Numbered from the stretch's first letter, positions 39,600 through 54,076 are shown. The stretch: DNA of 64,000 nt from Octopus sinensis (GCF_006345805.1 NC_042999.1:171988001-172052000); one strand, 5' to 3'. Made by a program: numbers and translations. The notes: generated from the letters alone by a model not told the origin.

Positions 39600-39754
39600 G
39601 AAGACCATCTTTCAGTTACCGCCTACCAAATCCACTCACAAGGCTTTGTAGGCCCATGATTTAGTAGAGGGCAATTGCCGAAGGTGCCACGGAGTGGGAT
39701 TGAACCCGGAACCATGTAGTTAGGAAGCTAGCTCCTTACCACTCATTCACGCCT
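39598..39754 (-). mobile_element. SINE family A head half
   Basis: ccaaatccactcacaaggctttg...aaggtgccacggagtgggattgaacccggaaccatgt matches 44834-44997; ends at (AT)n. Confidence 0.85.
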
Positions 39755-39762
39755 ATACATAC

Positions 39763-39828
<66 letters not shown>

Positions 39829-40699
39829 ATACATACACATATATATTATATATATTATATAAATGTGTGTGTATGTAGAGAGAGAGGGAGAGAGAGACAT
39901 ACATGCATACAGACAGACAGAAAGACAGAATATACATAGAACGCGAGAGACAAAAATATAGAATGATAAACACATCACTCTTTATACTTACAGAAACACT
40001 CCCTTACACGTATGTATGTATTATGTGTATATGAATTCTCATGAGTACAGATACTGACGGTTGAGTACAATGAAATAATTTATAGACATAATGTTTCACA
40101 GTATATAGTTTCATATAGTATATCGATGTGGTAAAATCTCTTGTGGTTTTATTTGACTGTCTAGTGCCATTTCGTAATCGCATACCGCGGATACAATCGC
40201 CAATATGTCTATAATATATCTATGTACGTATGTATGTATGTATGTATGTATGCATGTATGTGTGAGCTGTGCGTAAGGCATCTACATAATACAAAAGATA
40301 GAGGGAAAGAAACATAATATATATGTTGTATATAAAAAAAAGAACCTAATATGTTTCGCAATGCGATCATGCTGGCAGAGGGAAACTAGAAAAAGAAAAA
40401 ATGGAAAGTGACAGATAGCAGTCAGAGACCCTAGATATAGGTTAGATCTGGTGAGAGAGGTGCTTTTCAGTCAATGCACCTTTCATGAAAATGTAACCGA
40501 AATTTTTCGTAAATTATATAATATTCTCTAATTTCACTAAATCATACACATACACACACACACACACGTACACACACGCTCACACACACACACACTCACA
40601 TACACACACGCACACATTTATATTAGAATTAAAATATTTAATTATCAAAATCTAATTTTTCCCAAATAGTATCGTCCAAGCAATATTTATAAATTATGT

Positions 40700-41090
40700 A
40701 GGAGTGGCTGTCGGGTAAGTAGCTTGCTTACGAACCACATTGTTCCGGGTTCAGTCCCACAGCGTGGAACCTTGGGCAAGTGTCTTCTACTATAGCCTCG
40801 GGCCGACCAAAGCCTTGTGAGTGGATTTGGTAGACGGAAACTGAAAGAAGTCTGTCGTGTATATGTGTATATATATACATATGTGTGTTTGTGTGTCTGT
40901 GTTTGTTCCCCCAACATCGCTTGACAACCGATGCTGGTGTGTTTACGTCACTGTAACTTAGCGGTTCGGCAAGAGAGACCGATAGAATAAGTACTAGGCT
41001 TACAAAGAATAAGCCCGGGGAGTGATTTGCTCGACTAAAGGCGGTGCTCCAGCATGGCCACAGTAAAATGACTGAAACAAGTAAAGAGTA
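40700..41090 (+). mobile_element. Full-length tRNA-derived SINE family A
   Basis: A-box-like tggctgtcggg, B-box-like ggttcagtccc, internal AT/GT microsatellite linker, tail ggcggtgctccagcatggccacagtaaaatgactgaaacaagtaaagagta. Confidence 0.92.
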
Positions 41091-41094
41091 TACA

Positions 41095-41262
41095 GGCGTA
41101 GGAGTGGTTGGGGGACAAGTCGCTTGGTAAACGCACGGCTTCGGGTTGAACCTCAATGTGTGCATCTTGGCTAAGTGTTTTCTACTGTAGCCTCGGGTCG
41201 ACCAAAGCCTTGTGCGTGGATGTGTTTGACGGAAAAAAACAAAGCCCGTCGAATGCGCGTGT
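41095..41262 (+). mobile_element. SINE family A head half, diverged, directly after the previous copy
   Basis: aggagtgg...gggttgaacctc...ccaaagccttgtgcgtggat...aagcccgtcg. Confidence 0.75.
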
Positions 41263-41289
41263 GTTTGTTCATATATATATATATATATA

Positions 41290-41775
41290 CTTGTGCCTCT
41301 GAAAACATAATTGATGTCATAAAATGCTCGGGCTGCCATCAAGACTACGTGGAGTCCACGGGACTATCAGTCAGACGTAGATGCACACTGCATCGACAAC
41401 AGATTGCATTCCCAGAGTACAGAAGGATACCTTTTAGTGAGCACATAGAGAAATGCGAAAAGCAACGACTGCCACAATTTTTAATCTTTCCATTTTACCA
41501 ATGTGCTATCGGATCATCAACACAATTTAGATTAAACAAAGAAACATTCTTCATTGAAAAGTACAAGCCCAAACTCAACCATCCGAACATACTGAGAAAT
41601 TCACACGAAGGGAAAGAAAGAAAACATTTTTAAGCGATTATCTCCCTTACACCGGAAGAAATCACTCACTACCTCCCCCTATTTAGAACTCTCCTGAACA
41701 ACTCTATGTGTCATAAACATAACGTCACAAGAAATTTGAAAAGCTAAATGCGAAACCGGTCTTTCTTCGTAATTA
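41290..41775 (+). mobile_element. Penelope-like element 3' fragment: GIY-YIG endonuclease C-terminus plus 3' region
   Basis: NIIDVIKCSGCHQDYVESTG (degenerate IY..C..C...YIG), RRCTLHRQQI, KETFFIEKYKPKLN; stop at 41633. Confidence 0.82.
41729..41767 (+). ncRNA. Degenerate minimal hammerhead-like fold at the Penelope 3' end
   Basis: AAGAAA-U-UUGAAAA-GC(UAAAU)GC-GAA-ACCGGU-C-UUUCUU: 6-bp stem I, palindromic stem III, GUC site; core has two deviations from CUGANGA. Confidence 0.45.
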
Positions 41776-41896
41776 TGTCATTTTAAGAGGAAAAAAATTA
41801 AAAAAAAAAAAAGATTTTTTAATATTCTTCAGACATATTGACGCAAATATATATATTTTTTAACATTTAAGCCACGTGCTTTCACAAACAAACTTT

Positions 41897-41984
<88 letters not shown>

Positions 41985-42204
41985 TATGTATGTATGTATG
42001 CATGTATGTATGCATGTATGTATGTATATGTATGTGTGTTTGTCTTTCTGCGTGGCACATTGGGAAAGTCTTTTTTACTATAATTTCGAACCGACACAAG
42101 CCATGTGAGTGTGTTTGGTGTGGAGAGGTTAGGTTACTTAAAATATGTTAGTTATATTGTTCAACTGATAATATTCAAATTTACTGCAGTTACCGCAAAG
42201 TTAC

Positions 42205-43735
42205 TCTAGCGAGACCACTAAACATCCTCTCCAAAGCTTCCTTGCCGCTAAGAGACATCCCAGAGAAGCCTAATATGTCCTATATATAAAGGAGCTAGCA
42301 GAGCGGATGCTAAAACTCATAGGTCTGTTTCTGTAGCATCTCATTTCAGCAAGGTTTAGAGAAAGCTGGTAATTTTCCGCAAATCCAGAATCAAGTAATG
42401 TGCCTAACAAGGGATGATACGAGCAACAACGTTTCCGTTCACGTGCATATCAACATGATGGTGGTGATGTGCTGGCAGCGAAATTTTTTTCCCACGAGAG
42501 TTCCCGACGCCAGTAATGAACTCATTTCCATACAGAGAATCAGAGCTCACCTTGAAAATCCACATAGTGTGTACTACTAAAGTACAGCCAGGCATAAAAT
42601 GGTATATGTCACTCTCTGAGTAGAGCATAGCGGGACTCGCATAAGCACCACATTCCTCCATCCTCATAGATCAATTGAGCACCATCCCTATACGGAACTA
42701 ACATGAGGTATCTATACTCAGACTGATATTAGTGATACTGATTGTACCCATGTACCCAAGGAGGTCGCAAAACGACACAACGCCATGTTGATAATGATGT
42801 TTACAGATCAACATCAACATTTTAAATTAGGAATGTACAAAATCAGGTAAAAGATTAGGAAACTACACTCCCTTATATTTTTTAGTAAATTATGCAAATC
42901 GGTAACACTTAGGGCATCATCGGCGCGCAGCTCTCCACTCACTTTATACACTAAATTTCACATTTGCCACCACTATTAACTAGTTTAGAACAGTTAGATT
43001 TTGCTATAACGCCCATTTACGACTGAACTCAAGGGATTTTCTTGATGAGGTGGACACTATTTTGATCGTTGAGCACTGATTGGCTGTATGAAAATGAGTT
43101 CATAACTGGATTCTGGAACAGTTGTGGGATAAAAGATTTCGCGTGCAGGCGAATTTGCAGATTGATTCCGAGAACAAGGGACCAAAAATACGCCGGTTCA
43201 AGAGAGGATATAGAACAAGCCTAGTTCTCAGCTGCTTGGACTACAGTACTCATCTGCGCTCATTATATTGTATCAAATTAATAGCGGAACACATATGTAC
43301 ACAAAGATATAAATACATACATACAGTTCAGGGATGCTATATCAGGAAGATTGCATTTATGGAACAGCTGAGTTACTAGAAGTGTCTAAATGAGCTACGA
43401 ATCTACTCCATGGAGTGACCATTGGACAGATATGGAATGATATACGTAGGGAAGATTCTGGAGGGGTTGGCACCACCAAAATTTTGGCTATATCAGACCC
43501 CCGAACTGGACGTCAATGTTTTGTTCCAAAGATCCTAGTTATCTGGTCTAGACTGAGGAATATGTGCTGCAATTCTTTACGATTGAAGGGATCGTTGCTA
43601 TTTAATACCTTGCCAAAACACCTGAGAGATCAACAAGGAGAAGAGGAAAATTTTTTCAAGGAGCAACTTGACCTCCGGATGCCCAGGGTTCCACATAAAT
43701 CTACATTGTTGAAGAGAAGCTCAAAAGGGAGCATT
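42205..43735 (+). mobile_element. CR1/L2-type LINE RT remnant, fragmented
   Basis: CPIYKGASRADAKTHRSVSVASHFSKV (PI.K.G..D..NYRPIS-like), GTVVG, and the C-terminal CCNSLRLKGSLLFNTLPKHLRD...FKEQLD typical of CR1-group 3' ends. Confidence 0.7.
42540..42790 (-). mobile_element. Possible Ty3/Gypsy RNase H fragment inserted in the CR1 remnant
   Basis: LSIDTSC*FRIGMVLN*...GAYAS..LYSE...GCTLVVHT resembles TDAS..GIG.VL.Q...AYAS...E...VHTD. Confidence 0.4.
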
Positions 43736-43802
43736 AGTATCGAACTTTCTCTTTAAAGTAAAAACCAGTTACAAAATAATGGCAACTGAAAAGTTGATAA
43801 CA

Positions 43803-43856
43803 CTGGCGGTGCCCCAGCATGGCCACAATCTTTGGACAGAAACGCATAAAAGAATA
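43803..43856 (+). mobile_element. SINE family A-like 3' tail fragment
   Basis: ggcggtgccccagcatggccaca...gaaac..ataaaagaata followed by (AT)n. Confidence 0.7.
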
Positions 43857-44046
43857 TATATGTATATATATATATATATATATGTATATACATATACATA
43901 TATGTGTGTATGTGTGCGTGTGCATACATATATATAAATGTGTATATATTTATATACACGCACACATATATATATATATGTATACATGAACATACATATA
44001 TACACAATCTTTCATTCATATACATTCATATATATTAATATATATG

Positions 44047-44088
<42 letters not shown>

Positions 44089-44583
44089 TATTCATATTTA
44101 GTAACAACTATTTGAGTTATTTGGATTTAGCAGCTAAGATAAATTTGCTGTAAAACAGCTAAAAATAAAAATTTTATTGCCCATTTATTCAAGAGTGAGG
44201 TTAAGTTTATTCTAGATTTTATAAGCAGTTACGTTTGTGAAATCCTAATATGAATTTTGATTTCATAAAAACACCTAAGATCAATAAGAAACATTGAATT
44301 ATAAAAATTCCAAATTTTCATAATTCTTAATATCATTATTTCTCCAACCATTAGTAGAAGTAATAAATAAGTATAAAGGAAAAAAAGGTAATATGATGTT
44401 TAAAAAAAAAAAATTCCCGTAACCATTATGAGGGATATAATTATCGGGGTACGAGTTGTTATTTGCAGGATTTACACGCATGCATCCATATATAAGCATC
44501 AGTGTATGTGTGTGTGTGCGTGTGTGTGGTGTATTTGTGTGTGCCTTTCTCTGTGTGTGTGTGTATATATATATATATATACA

Positions 44584-44997
44584 CTCTTTTACTCTTTTAC
44601 TTGTTTCAGTCATCTGACTGTGACCATGCTTGAGCACTGCCTCTAGTCAAGCAAACCGACTCCAGGACTTATTCTTTGTAAGCCTAGTATCGATTTCTTT
44701 TTTTGCCGAACCACTAAGTTACGGGGACGTAAATATACCAGCATCGGTTGTCAAGCGATGTTGGGGGGATAAACGCAAACAGACAAACATATACACACGC
44801 GCATACATATATATATATATATATACATATATACGACGGGCTTCTTTCAGTTTCCGTCTACCAAATCCACTCACAAGGGCTTGGTCGGCCCGAAGCTATA
44901 GTAGAAGACACTTGCCCAAGGTGCCACGCAGTGGGACTGAACCCGAAACCTTGCGGTTTGTAAGCAAGCTACTTACTAGACAGTCACTCCTACACCT
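44584..44997 (-). mobile_element. Full-length SINE family A
   Basis: Reverse complement aligns end to end with 40700-41090. Confidence 0.92.
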
Positions 44998-45022
44998 ATA
45001 TATATATATATATATAATATAT

Positions 45023-45058
<36 letters not shown>

Positions 45059-47184
45059 CATATGTGGGTGTATATGTATATATGCGTTTATTTATGTATG
45101 TGTCTCTTTTACATTTTTATTATTTTCCACTGAGGAGGGCACTGGTTTACAACAAAAATGTAACTATGTATGTATGTATTAAATGTATATACTACGGTAC
45201 GTTTGCATGACACCGCAGGAATGTGAAAATTGTATGCTAACTTTGGTTAGCTTCAACGTTTCTGATACTTGGAAACGTTTTGTGGGATGACAATATCTGC
45301 CTGGTGGATAAATTCTACAATCTTGAAACTCTCACCACTGATCAATCACTTGATGACGTTTGAGATCGCGCACACAAAACCTACGCATCGACAATGAATT
45401 TTATTTTCGATTTGTCCATGAAGTCTTTTAATTTGTTTGTTTTTATGTCCAAATAATGTTCCGACAGGACAATGGCCTTTTATGTTACCGTAAGAATCAC
45501 ATGATCCGTGTAAAGAAACCTGAAAACATTGACTTACATCGTTTTCCTCCTCGTATATGTTAACCAATGACAAGTTATATAATATTTTTCTCTTGTCCAC
45601 TGAAAGTATTTTTCAGAAAAGCATCCGACAAATATCAATATTGAAATATCAGTCATCATACTAATCTATCAGCTAAAAAAGAAAATTGGCCATTGTATGT
45701 GTGCATACTTACGTATCAATATATATGTGTTTTTATGCGTATGTGTGTGAAAGCATGTTGAATTTGAGTATTGTGCTGCATATTCTCATTATAGTTTCAT
45801 ATTTAAATTTTCGTAACGTTGGTGAATAGATAACAAAAAAACCTTTAGAAATAGGGCGAATTAAATCTACGTTAATATTTAAAACGAAATCTCGTTTACA
45901 GTTGTAAAACGAATCAATTAACAGCAAATGATAAAAATTTATACATCAAAGTTGTAATTATATTTCAATTAACCAATACGTATACAGTGTTCCAAGCTTT
46001 GAAATGTAATATTTTAAAATTCATTTAAAGCTATTAGCAATAATGGTCTCAATTCTTCCTGCAACACAATACCGCATAAAACTTTAGGGAATGTAATTTC
46101 GCAACGTAGTTTCCATGTCAGAATGCGCAATTCTCTTTAAGTATACGCATCTATATAATTAGTGGGTTGTTTTTACTCTTCTTTAGTCGCATTAGCCCTG
46201 ATCTCTTATATCTATGACGAAATGTTACCCAACCATGGACATTCTGCCTTTTTTTTAGGTATAATGTGCTTCACATTATTATTTTATTATGTTGTTCTCA
46301 TCCAAAAGACATCCCTCATTAGACATCTTCACCTCTGTTGGGAAAACTGATATCATTCTTACGTAATATCTCCAAATTCTTTGAAGATGATTTACTGGTA
46401 ATGGAAGAAAGATTCAAATGTTCAAGAAATGCATAATACTTGATTAAATATATTAAAAATCCATATTATCAGGATTTTAATATGCCCTTAATTATAAAGC
46501 TTTAAACAAAGAAATCAAGTAGAATGTTTTTTTCGAATTTCGCAGTAGTAAACCGACTATTCAAGCTCTCCAACCAGAAACAACACGTTCATCTTCCAGT
46601 CGTGTTGATCTAATGATTGAATTTACAGTCAATATCTATCGTATGAGATCATCAAAGCGCATGAAAAGAAAAAAGAAACCGTAAATAACATACGTTACGA
46701 GCATAATTTAGATGAATGAACATCGCACGCACTGACTTGCAACGATAGTCATGGAAGAGATATATCAATACTTGACGTTATATCCATAAATATTACACTC
46801 ATTCCGTTCACTGACTCTCCCTTGCATCTCATAAGCAATGACAACTGAATACTCTCTTGATAATTACATGAAGTCTGAATTACATTCCTGAATGAATGAA
46901 TACGAATATATCCGCGCGCACACTTGCACATACACACACACACACGTACACACATATATTTATAAATAATACATGTACATACATGTACATATGCACCCAG
47001 GTGTATATACACATATGTACGCACATATAGATACGTATATGTGCACAAACATATAAATACATAAATATATATACACGCGCGCACACACACACAAACAAAC
47101 ACCACATGCACGCGCACGCACACACAAATACCACATGCATGCGCACTCACACATCCATTTATATATGTGTGTGTGTGTGTGTGT

Positions 47185-47757
47185 ATCATTATGTATACAT
47201 ATATACACGCATGCAACTCATGTATATATTGAATTAAAACCACCTTCCTATGATGTAATCTGAATCACAGGTGTAAATTTTCAGATTCTTATACTTGGAG
47301 GTTTTGTTTACTGAGAATCCAATCGCAGCTTCTAATTGGCTTCTAAAAGTACTGTATATTTCACTCTGTGCATATATATCTCAGGAATTACTACCAACTA
47401 CATGAACCTATACATGTGTAGATATTACGCAAATCATGAGTTGTTCATTACGCCTAATTTAAATTTGACCATCTTTTTATATTTCTCATTATATATTATT
47501 TTTTTTTGTTTTTGCCTTTTTGGATGAAACGCATACGTTGATTTGATCGAGTATAGAAACATTAATAATATCTGATTTTTCGTTATATTGGAATAGAAAT
47601 GAAATACCCAAACCAGATATTTTTTCACGCACATATATATTTACCTATTTATTAACATCAGACCACTCAGCATTCTTCGGGCTAGTTTGCTGATACTCAC
47701 ACAAATCTATAGCTTATGTGTTTCAGTGAAATTTCTACAAAGGAATAACGTGTTATT

Positions 47758-47811
<54 letters not shown>

Positions 47812-47813
47812 GG

Positions 47814-47869
<56 letters not shown>

Positions 47870-48046
47870 TATGTATATATAGGGAGAGTTTACGAAAAAT
47901 AAAACAGGTGGTGTACAAAACAAACAGATGTATTAGTATAACGCTCATATATATATATATACATTACAGACACAGTGACCTACATCTGAAGTTCTACCTT
48001 GAGTAAAATTGTGAGCCGAAATGACAGGATAACTTTATCCGTGCAA
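47185..48046 (+). repeat. ~890 bp tandem duplication, copy 1
   Basis: Repeated at 48077-48934; both junctions lie in (GT)n tracts. Confidence 0.95.
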
Positions 48047-48076
48047 GTGTGTGCGTGTGTGTGTGTGTGTGTGTGT

Positions 48077-48651
48077 ATCATTATGTATACATATATACAC
48101 GCATGCAACTCATGTATATATTGAATTAAAACCACCTTCCTATGATGTAATCTGAATCACAGGTGTAAATTTTCAGATTCTTATACTTGGAGGTTTTGTT
48201 TACTGAGAATCCAATCGCAGCTTCTAATTGGCTTCTAAAAGTACTGTATATTTCACTCTGTGCATATATATCTCAGGAATTACTACCAACTACATGAACC
48301 TATACATGTGTAGATAATTACGCAAATCATGAGTTGTTCATTACGCCTAATTTAAATTTGACCATCTTTTTATATTTCTCATTATATATTATTTTTTTTT
48401 GTTTTTGCCTTTTTGGGATGAAACGCATACGTTGATTTGATCGAGTATAGAAACATTAATAATATCTGATTTTTCGTTATATTGGAATAGAAATGAAATA
48501 CCCAAACCAGATATTTTTTCACGCACATATATATTTACCTATTTATTAACATCAGACCACTCAGCATTCTTCGGGCTAGTTTGCTGATACTCACACAAAT
48601 CTATAGCTTATGTGTTTCAGTGAAATTTCTACAAAGGAATAACGTGTTATT

Positions 48652-48721
<70 letters not shown>

Positions 48722-48723
48722 GG

Positions 48724-48759
<36 letters not shown>

Positions 48760-48934
48760 TGTATATATAGGGAGAGTTTACGAAAAATAAAACAGGTGGT
48801 GTACAAAACAAACAGATGTATTAGTATAACGCTCATATATATATATATACATTACAGACACAGTGACCTACATCTGAAGTTCTACCTTGAGTAAAATTGT
48901 GAGCCGAAATGACAGGATAACTTTATCCGTGCAA
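48077..48934 (+). repeat. ~890 bp tandem duplication, copy 2
   Basis: Differs from copy 1 only by small indels and microsatellite lengths as far as I can see. Confidence 0.95.
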
Positions 48935-48935
48935 G

Positions 48936-48966
<31 letters not shown>

Positions 48967-51900
48967 AAATGTGTATTTGTGTGTGTGAGCAGGCATTTGT
49001 ATGCATTGTGTATGACACGTGTTTGTGTAAATATGCAAAGACTTTCTGAAAAAGTGATTTGAATTAATGGTACTGTAATTATCCTACCATTCTTTGTCAT
49101 GTTATTGACATATTTTATCCAAAAATCTAATGGGTATGTATTTCGTCATGTAGGATTTATAGAATTTCTAACTTCTTGTGTTTATTTAATTGCATTTGTT
49201 TTCCAAGATTCCTGATGTGAAATCGTGTGTTGAAACAGATACTGTTGAAAGGGTCCGTTTTTGTCAGAGAATTACACGCACTATATACACTTTCTTCATT
49301 TCAGCTTTATCATTTTTTCTTATTTTAGTGTCCGTTGTCTTAAATCTTTCGACATCCTGTGATCTCTTTAGCGACTCTCTATCCTAAGCATCGCCTGCTT
49401 CCCTCTTTATACCATTTAGAAAACTGAAGTGACTAACGAGTGTATAATGCATGTGTTTATTTTGCAACAAATGACCATCAAAATAACAATATGTTTTTTT
49501 AATTTCTCCTCTTTTTTTCTAAGTATTTGATATAATGTCCGACATCATGATTCTTATTATAACAGCTAAAATTCGAGAACGGTGAACATTGTGTTCATCC
49601 TTACCTCAGTTAGTTATTTGTAATAACATACCAAGAAAAGTTATATTTATAATTGCCTACACAGCAAAGAATTACATTTGAGTGAATCCTCCATGTTAGT
49701 AAGCACAAACTCACTATGTAATATAGAGCTTAATATTTTGATAGATCGTGCAATAGAGAATGACTTCTTTTCTTTGTTGTCATTTTATTCGGATTTAATT
49801 GAATTTTCTTTTGTGATGTACGCATCGTAAATGGTAACAAAAGCACACCAATATATTTTGACGCAAGCCTAATGAATGCAATAATAGCACTTGGACTAAC
49901 TGTTCAACAGAAGCTTAATTGCTCTAGCAATGATTCCTCATTATATTTGTTGACATTCTAAAATAAATTTATATCAACTGAATGAAAATACGTGAAATTT
50001 CTTTAAACATGGCAGTCATTTATGAGAAACTGCGTGATCTGTTTATTTAACGCTATATTAGGTTTTATGGCAGGTGAAAGCGTCAATTGTACGATGTTTA
50101 AACCACATAGTAGTTTTCTACTAAAATTTGTACAAGTAAAAATGAACTGAGGCAATTTATCAGAAGAAATAAGTTACTAATATAGACGTATTGTCATTTG
50201 AATTATTGAATATAGCAAAGATGTAGTGTATTAATGGTGTATTATGTCATGTTTTAAAACAAAATATGATACAAGATGCTTGTAAACAATATCCTTTAAG
50301 CAATTCTACAGGCCAATTGACCTAACAGTCATTTAAAAGTGCACAAAGGCAAATATATTGAAGAACGTCACAGAATCTCTCAAATACACAACGTTTTCTC
50401 TGGTTGATAACACAATTGCATTAATGCCATTGTATTACGCACTGCGGAAAAATTAAAACAAGGACCGGTCCCAGTATGATTGAAACTTGTAGTGCAAACA
50501 TCATAGCTAAATACATCAGAGAGTTTAGTTCGTCATTCTGATTATTCTACCAGGCCCAAAATTTTAAATTCAATTTCATTGTTTGGCTTAAGGTCACACG
50601 TTTTCAGGGGTTATTCATTCTATAATTGGTTTATGATTTATAAATATGACAAACAGGAAATGCAACGCCGATATTATCCGTAGTAAAGAGAGTGTGTACA
50701 ACGATATAATTAGGTAGTAAATTACATTCTGGTAGCCTATTTTTTTTTATCTTTCTCCCTCCCATTTCCTTTAATTTTATGAATGAAAAAATAAATTCCA
50801 TTTCCTCAACTAACTACTCATCTACATTTTTCGTCCACCTGTCTCTTAGACCAGAGCTATATATTTTTCTCCCTTGCAATTACCTTCTCTACAACCTTCA
50901 GTGTTAATAACATTCAATTTATTATGCTGAATATGTAATGGATAACTGGTATGGTTTTATATTACGTCTATTATTCATATCTTTTACGTGTGCTTAAAAT
51001 GTTTGTATTAGTTCTTAATAGTTACGTCTTTATGTGGCTAAATCTGATCAGTTTCTTTTGCTCCTACAGCCTACAGATATCTCTTGGTGGTTCTGTTTTC
51101 ATAAACAGATTTATCACCCAAATCTAATTTACTTAGTTTTAATGAAATTACTCTCTTTACTTTTATTTTTTCTGAACAATTTTGATGGTTCTCTAGCACT
51201 GTATTTATCCACATCGAAACATTTTTTTATCATACATGATCTTCTGAAGTAAATTTGTTAATTAAATCAAAGCTACATTGAAGTTTAAAAAGATTTCTCT
51301 TCCAACTACTATAGGGATTTAGTATGTATTATTTATTTGACTACGTATGTTTACTTATAGTGATATGCTAGTTTACCATATTCACATAGTATGGTTATGT
51401 TCTTGTAACTGTTTTGTTTATACATTATAAAGCGTTTCCACAACCCGTCATTATAACTACTATGAAATGGTTTTAGAAAATCAATCCATAGTATGATTGT
51501 GGTTTTTACCTCTTAGTCTTTTCTTAATTTCACGGTTCACTAGTCTCCATTCAAATATCATTTTCCTAAAGCCATTGGTTCTTCTGGTTGATGTTAATAG
51601 TTGACACACAACTAATGAACATGTTTTATATCAGTTAAAGTTTCTTACCATATATTTAACATTTATGCAAGCTATTTATTACTGCGTGCTTTCAGGGCAA
51701 TGCAGCTTTGTACAGTAAAGTTACGTGCTGTGATTCGATTTGGTTTTGTATTTTTATTGCATTGAAAATTTTTATGATATATACGGAGTGTCTAGTAATG
51801 TTGGTAACCGCATACACTACATATTGGTTAAACATGAAAGATTTTACTTTGTTTCAAAGGTATTTATTGTAATAATCCGTTTTGTGTTTCCAATGCTCCA

Positions 51901-53295
51901 TGTTCTGGTTATCTCTATTTCAAGATCTTTATCTTTAACTTTAGATAAATTTCTCCATTTGCCTTACAGAACATTATCGTCTGCTTGTTTTGGCAACTCG
52001 GGTAAAGGCAAAATTCCTTGGTGATTGTTTTCTGGTCATTTTACTCGCAGTCTCCATATATTTTACTGTTACTTAATGTCTTTCTCCTTCATCGAATTCG
52101 TAATTTCTCTCAAGAAAACAACATATTAATGTCATCAATATGGCAGCTCTTTTATCTGCGACGTTATGGTTTGGAAGAAATTGTTATATGTATGTTTATT
52201 TGATACTGTTCCATAAATGAAATGATAATATATTATAACAGTACTAAATATTGTGTATTGAAACGAGGAATTACAAGAAGTTACAAACATTATTATATGC
52301 TTATCTATGTGAATGTAAGAGTGTGCATATGTGTGTGAGCTTCATTATTTTTATTCAGATATATTTAGAATTGGCCACAATTATAAAATTTCGGATGAAG
52401 GAACAGCACAAACAAATTTCCAAGTAATGAAATGAAAACCTTTTAGATATGAAAAACAACATTAATATAATAAATTTCACTACATATTCGGCTATATTAT
52501 TAAAACCTAACATATGAAACATTATTACTTGCTTATCAACAGTAAACAAAAATATCAATACAAATTGGAAACTAAAATATACAAGAAATTATTTAAACAG
52601 TTGATACTAACTAAATATTACTGCATTATTTAGATAGTTCCATGGCATATCAACATGGGTAAAGGTCTTAGAAGAATTATCAGTTTTGCGTTGCGATATG
52701 GCAAAAAAATTACTTAATGAATATTTGCCATCAATAGTTTAGTGTAATTATATATGACCGCCAGAACAGGATGCAATATAAAAATAAATTTGCAAACGTT
52801 TCTCAGAAACCATATAAAAATAATATTTTATCCTTCTTGGCACAAAGAATTTAAATTTCAAATATTATCTGTTAATCATTTAATCTTTCTATCCTTTATT
52901 TGCATGCAACCCGAGAGAAATAAAAATGTACCAAGCGATTTTTCAGATAATGAACAATAGACATCCGTGAAGAAGATAAACACATTTATATTAAAAGTGT
53001 GAGGAATGATATGCGTAAAATATTCAGAAATAGGAAAAGATTATGTTTTCGAAAAATTATTTTGCATTCAACGGAATGGGTAAATTGAAAAAATAATGCA
53101 AATCTATGGCAAGATGAGATCAAAACAAAAGAAATTAATGATAGGCTAAAATGATTAATATAAAAGCACTTGCTGTCAGAGTACTTAAATTTCTTAATAT
53201 TACTTTACAAATTTTACAGATGATTGAAAATAGGTTAAAAATGAAAAGAATAACTATTAAAACTCCTTTACTTCAAGAAGAAGTGGAAATACTCG

Positions 53296-53392
53296 GTGTC
53301 CTATAAATAGGACACTGAAACAATTTGATATAGCTTATTTAATGTTCTTATTTAGTGTCCTATTCATAGGACAGTGGGACTTAAAGGGTTAA
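53296..53392 (-). mobile_element. Solo piggyBac-like terminus with paired subterminal palindromes
   Basis: Minus strand starts TTAA|CCCTTTAAG; palindromes gtgtcctat-aa-ataggacac (53296-53315) and tgtcctat-tc-ataggaca (53356-53373). Confidence 0.5.
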
Positions 53393-53828
53393 TATAGTGC
53401 ATTGAAACGAGCACATTAAAAAATAGAATCATGGAGAATTAAGAAGTTATGATCTGGAACTTCAAGATAAATGTGTATGAATTTATTGTATTCAGAAAGG
53501 GCAGCCTCAATAAATTCGAGAATAACAGAAAATATTTTTAAATAATAGTTTTCCATGTTATCTGAAAGAACAATATTGTGAAATAAAGCATGTGGGAAGC
53601 CAAGGCACAAAGAATAATTGAAATCAAAGGATAAATAGTGAATTATTGTGACAAGAATATAACAAACACCTGCCCTCATTGATCTGGCATGCACGGATTG
53701 TGTATTCATTATTTTTGTCTCCAACTAATCTAATTCTTTCTGTTGCTTCTTGAATGAAGATGAATTAATCTGGAAATGTCCAGTTTCACACAAAACACCT
53801 GTGAGATACTTGTGAGATATGAATTTAG

Positions 53829-53830
53829 AT

Positions 53831-53901
<71 letters not shown>

Positions 53902-53962
53902 ATAATAATAATAATAATAATAATAAATATAATAATAATAACAACAGCAACAACAACAACAA
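53829..53962. repeat. Compound trinucleotide microsatellite (TAC)n-(TAA)n-(CAA)n
   Basis: Directly visible. Confidence 0.95.
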
Positions 53963-54076
53963 CATCAAATACAGAATAGACAAATAATGAACCAATTACA
54001 TCAAATACAGAATAGAAAGCACATCAAAAATTGAGAAGTGAAGAATTATATCAAATACAGAACAGACAAAAATAAT

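Noticed and set aside
41175-41289. N-terminus of the 152 aa ORF
   Set aside because: Derived from SINE A and (AT)n read-through; only 41290 onward is Penelope-derived.
45346-45600. 84 aa minus-strand ORF as hAT transposase piece
   Set aside because: Only an HC dipeptide and loose spacing support it.
53416-53724. 102 aa minus-strand ORF
   Set aside because: Non-ATG start, no motif, no supporting splice sites.
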